Assembly (NCBI GenBank): GCA_964291265.2
Contig: OZ219747.1
Span: 2,528,001-2,592,000 of the forward strand
Direction: 5' to 3'
DNA from: Alphaproteobacteria bacterium
GTDB lineage: Bacteria; Pseudomonadota; Alphaproteobacteria; SP197
DNA: 64,000 nucleotides
A program made the position numbers and the translations under genes. Numbering within the stretch: the stretch's first letter is position 1; every line of letters starts with the position of its first letter. Shown here piece after piece: positions 61,396-64,000 of the stretch. The notes beneath the pieces are model-generated. The model worked only from the letters and a program-made list of their open reading frames with translations. It searched no databases and was not told the DNA's origin.

Positions 61396-62874
61396 TCACC
61401 CCTTGTTAGGGTCTGGTTGTCCGTAGTGTTGGTTGAGGATGTCTACGGCCTTTCCGTCGAGGGCGATGTGGATGGCGACGTGAGGGTTGTAGCCGAGTGC
61501 GTCCATGGTGGTGAGGTAGCTTGAGCCGCGGCACCATGCTTTGGCGTGGGGCATGGTGCGGAAACATCCGGACACCTTGATCTTGACCTTTGTCATCCTG
61601 ATCTTCTGCTCTCCGGTATTGTTGGTGAAACTGACGTTGGGGTCCTTCATGAAGCGCAGGACGGACTTCTCGTGTTTCACGAGACGTTCATGCAGGTTGT
61701 GCGCGTCGGACTTTGCGATGCGTCCACGTTTTCCTTTCGTCCGTGGCGGGATGTCGGGCAGTTCCTTGGCGCCCTGGGTGAGGATGGTGCGGTAGCGCTT
61801 GCGCACGGCCCGGCGGTCGGCCTCGTTCAAGGTCTTGGATGCGCTCTTGTTGACCCTGCGGGAGACCTCGCGCAGCAGGCTTTTCATCAGTCGCGCCCAG
61901 CGGTAGCCGTTGGACTCGACGACGAAGGTCAGTTCGCGCAGGAGATGGCTGCCGCACAGTTGGTGGCGGCATTGATCGTAGCCCATGTAGGCAGCCCAGC
62001 AGTCGTGGATCAGGACGCCCTTGTAGCGCGGGATGATGCCGATCTCTTCGATCGCCTCCCGGCCGCGCTTGGGGTGCGGGAACTTGCACGTCAGGGTGCC
62101 GTCGGTGACGACATGGAGCCATTGGGTCTTGCCGGCGACCCGGAAGCCGGTCTCGTCGACATGCAGGGCCGGTTGTTGCAGGAGATGGGCCACGGCGGCC
62201 TCCTCCCATGATGCGAGGGCATCGTGAAAGCGCCGGACATAGCCGAGGCAGGTCGCCTCGGAGAGCTTGATGCCGGAGATCGCGTGCACGAGCGAGACGG
62301 CACGACGCAGGGACAGCATCTGGGCGATCAGCAGGTTGATGACGAGGGCCTGGATGCTGACGCCGTACTGCAGGGGGCCCGGCATGTTGTCTGGGAACCG
62401 GCCCTTGGTCCGGGCCCGGCACTTCGGGCATTCCTTGATCTCGGCTTCGACGCGGCGCTCGACGACTTCGAACACGATGTCGTAGAGGACGCGGCACTCC
62501 CGGTCGACGGGGTCGACATCGTGGAGGTCGGCGCCGCAGGCGTCGCAGGCATCGACGACGATCGTCTCCTCGATGGTGGTCGTGCGCAGGTTGTCGCCCG
62601 TCTGCTGGTTCGGTTTCGGGCCCTTGCCGTTGCTCCCGGTGCGCCTCGCGCTCTCGTCCTTGTCAGTCTGCGATGGCGGCAGACCGGAGTTCCGGCTTGT
62701 CTTACGTGTGATCTTCTCCATGAGCACGGTCAGCAACAGCTTTATCAGCATCAGCATGCCGCGGAAGAGCTCCTCGCACTCCTGGCTGACCTTGCCCTGC
62801 TTGCGGAGATCCTGGAACTGCTTCTGGAAGATGTCGGCCTCCTGGCGCACAGACGTGCCGTTCACGCTCGCCAT
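61396..62874 (-). CDS. tnpC: IS66-family transposase
   Basis: KTSRNSGLPPSQ, CDACG, HVDETG, QLCGSHLLREL, TNNTGEQKIR, KVSGCFR. Confidence 0.9.
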   Translation of the reverse strand: MASVNGTSVRQEADIFQKQFQDLRKQGKVSQECEELFRGMLMLIKLLLTVLMEKITRKTSRNSGLPPSQTDKDESARRTGSNGKGPKPNQQTGDNLRTTTIEETIVVDACDACGADLHDVDPVDRECRVLYDIVFEVVERRVEAEIKECPKCRARTKGRFPDNMPGPLQYGVSIQALVINLLIAQMLSLRRAVSLVHAISGIKLSEATCLGYVRRFHDALASWEEAAVAHLLQQPALHVDETGFRVAGKTQWLHVVTDGTLTCKFPHPKRGREAIEEIGIIPRYKGVLIHDCWAAYMGYDQCRHQLCGSHLLRELTFVVESNGYRWARLMKSLLREVSRRVNKSASKTLNEADRRAVRKRYRTILTQGAKELPDIPPRTKGKRGRIAKSDAHNLHERLVKHEKSVLRFMKDPNVSFTNNTGEQKIRMTKVKIKVSGCFRTMPHAKAWCRGSSYLTTMDALGYNPHVAIHIALDGKAVDILNQHYGQPDPNKG

Positions 62875-63493
62875 GACGACGCCTCCACCGCCATGACTGC
62901 CGCCAGCACGGCGAGCCGCTCGCCTTCGGGCATCGTCCGGTAGCGCCGCGCCCAGCTCTCTGCGAGGCGCTTGATGCGCTGGCGGTCGATCGAGTTCCTG
63001 CCCGCACACGTATGCCAGTGCGGTCGGCCCGGTGCGAAGTTGAACCACAGCTTCTCGGTGACAACGCAGGCCTGGTTGTTGACCTGGACCTCGGCCGAGC
63101 GCCAGCCGGCGAGGTGCGTGTCGTAGAGCCGCGAGGGATAGCCGGAGATCATCACCTGGCAGGGCAGCGACGTCAGGATGTCGAGGAGCGCAACATGGTC
63201 ATCGTCCGTGCAGTCGAAGCGGTAGCGGCGCTGCGACCGGCGCGTCGACTGCACGTAAGGCGGGTCGCAGTAGACCAGCTCGCGGCCCTGGAAGGCGAAG
63301 GTCTCGAGAAAACGCAGGGCGCAGCCTTGGTGAAGCTCCACCGGATAGTCACAGCGGAAGGTGTCGATCGCCCGGCGGTTGAGGTCAATGCCGATGCTGC
63401 GCAGCGCCGGTGGCTTGCGCTTCATGATCGCGCCGCCCCCAAGGAACGCCTCGATGTACACGTCATGCGGCGGCATGGCCGCGACGATCGCCT
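62862..63493 (-). pseudogene. Dam-like N6-adenine methyltransferase, 5' end cut by IS110
   Basis: MPPHDVYIEAFLGGG (motif I), YCDPPY (motif IV), MISGY, EKLWFNF; overlaps the transposase start. Confidence 0.88.
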
Positions 63494-63604
63494 TATATGA
63501 CCAGGTTTTGTCCCCGTGATGATGCAATCATCCACAGCGGTTGGCGGCGGGAAAATGTGGACAACCCCGACTGTGGGAGAGGGCCCGGTCTATGGTTGCA
63601 GAGA

Positions 63605-63808
63605 GATTCCGCTCCCCTGCGCGATCAAGCACAGGGGAGCGGGGTGCGGGGATCAAACGATCTCCGCGGAGGTTGGTCGGACCGTTTTCGCCTTGGCCTT
63701 ACGGAGCCGTGTGCCAGCTTGGTCGGCCAACCTCCCTTGGCGTCCCTTGCGTCCTGAATGGATGCCTGGGTTTGAACCGAATCATCATAAGGCGAGGAGC
63801 AAGGGACG
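63605..63808 (+). ncRNA. Predicted IS110 bridge RNA
   Basis: Hairpin 63609-63642, then two stems with internal loops (63668-63735, 63741-63808); loop sequences match the junction. Confidence 0.75.
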
Positions 63809-64000
63809 ATGGGCAAGGTAGTAGCAGGGATTGATGTCAGCAAGGCCAGTCTGGACATCTGTGCGGAGGGCCAGACGCATTGTCTTGCGAACGACGCCAC
63901 GAGCTGGCGGGCGCTGAACACATGGCTTCGCAGCCTCAAGGTGACCCGTGTGGTGATGGAGGCGACAGGTCGCTATCACCGCAAGGTTCACCAGTGTCTT
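63809..64000 (+). CDS. IS110 DEDD recombinase (runs off window)
   Basis: MGKVVAGIDVSKASLD...VVMEATGRYH. Confidence 0.92.
   Translation, partial: MGKVVAGIDVSKASLDICAEGQTHCLANDATSWRALNTWLRSLKVTRVVMEATGRYHRKVHQCL

Larger units (their letters stand above)
61388..63493 (-). mobile_element. Different IS66-family element carrying a methylase (other end not in window)
   Basis: Begins GTAACTACTCA exactly where identity to the first IS66 stops. Confidence 0.75.
63494..64000 (+). mobile_element. IS110-family element, left part
   Basis: Methylase resemblance stops at CT 63492-63493; structured non-coding end followed by the recombinase gene. Confidence 0.85.

Overview
GC-rich bacterial window, probably alphaproteobacterial (pepA-holC, TRAP dctP, RTX proteins). 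About two thirds of it is nested mobile elements, most resolvable to the base from terminal repeats and target-site duplications (TSDs). Nest 1 (4036-22369, inside dctP): IS4 > [ISAs1; serine-recombinase element > Mu/Tn7-like DDE+ATPase transposon with helicase and primase-like genes > IS21-like element with a primase-like gene]. Nest 2 (about 25.1-41.3 kb, inside a NERD/UvrD gene): IS1634, ISAzo13 > ISAs1, an RTX gene, IS4 > ISAs1b > second IS21-like copy. Intact host genes are pepA, holC, a histamine/trimethylamine-dehydrogenase-like gene and a Liv-type ABC transporter. The right third looks like a defence island: a four-gene membrane operon (TM/coiled-coil protein, VWA-like protein, ZorA/MotA-like protein, and a ZorB/MotB-OmpA protein fused to a thermonuclease) and a ParA-like + P-loop NTPase pair. 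Also present: an ORF-less group II intron splitting an IS66 transposase, IS66-derived MITEs, an IS66-linked adenine methylase, and an IS110 whose predicted bridge-RNA guides match its insertion site in that methylase. All family calls come from motif recognition by eye; no database search was run.
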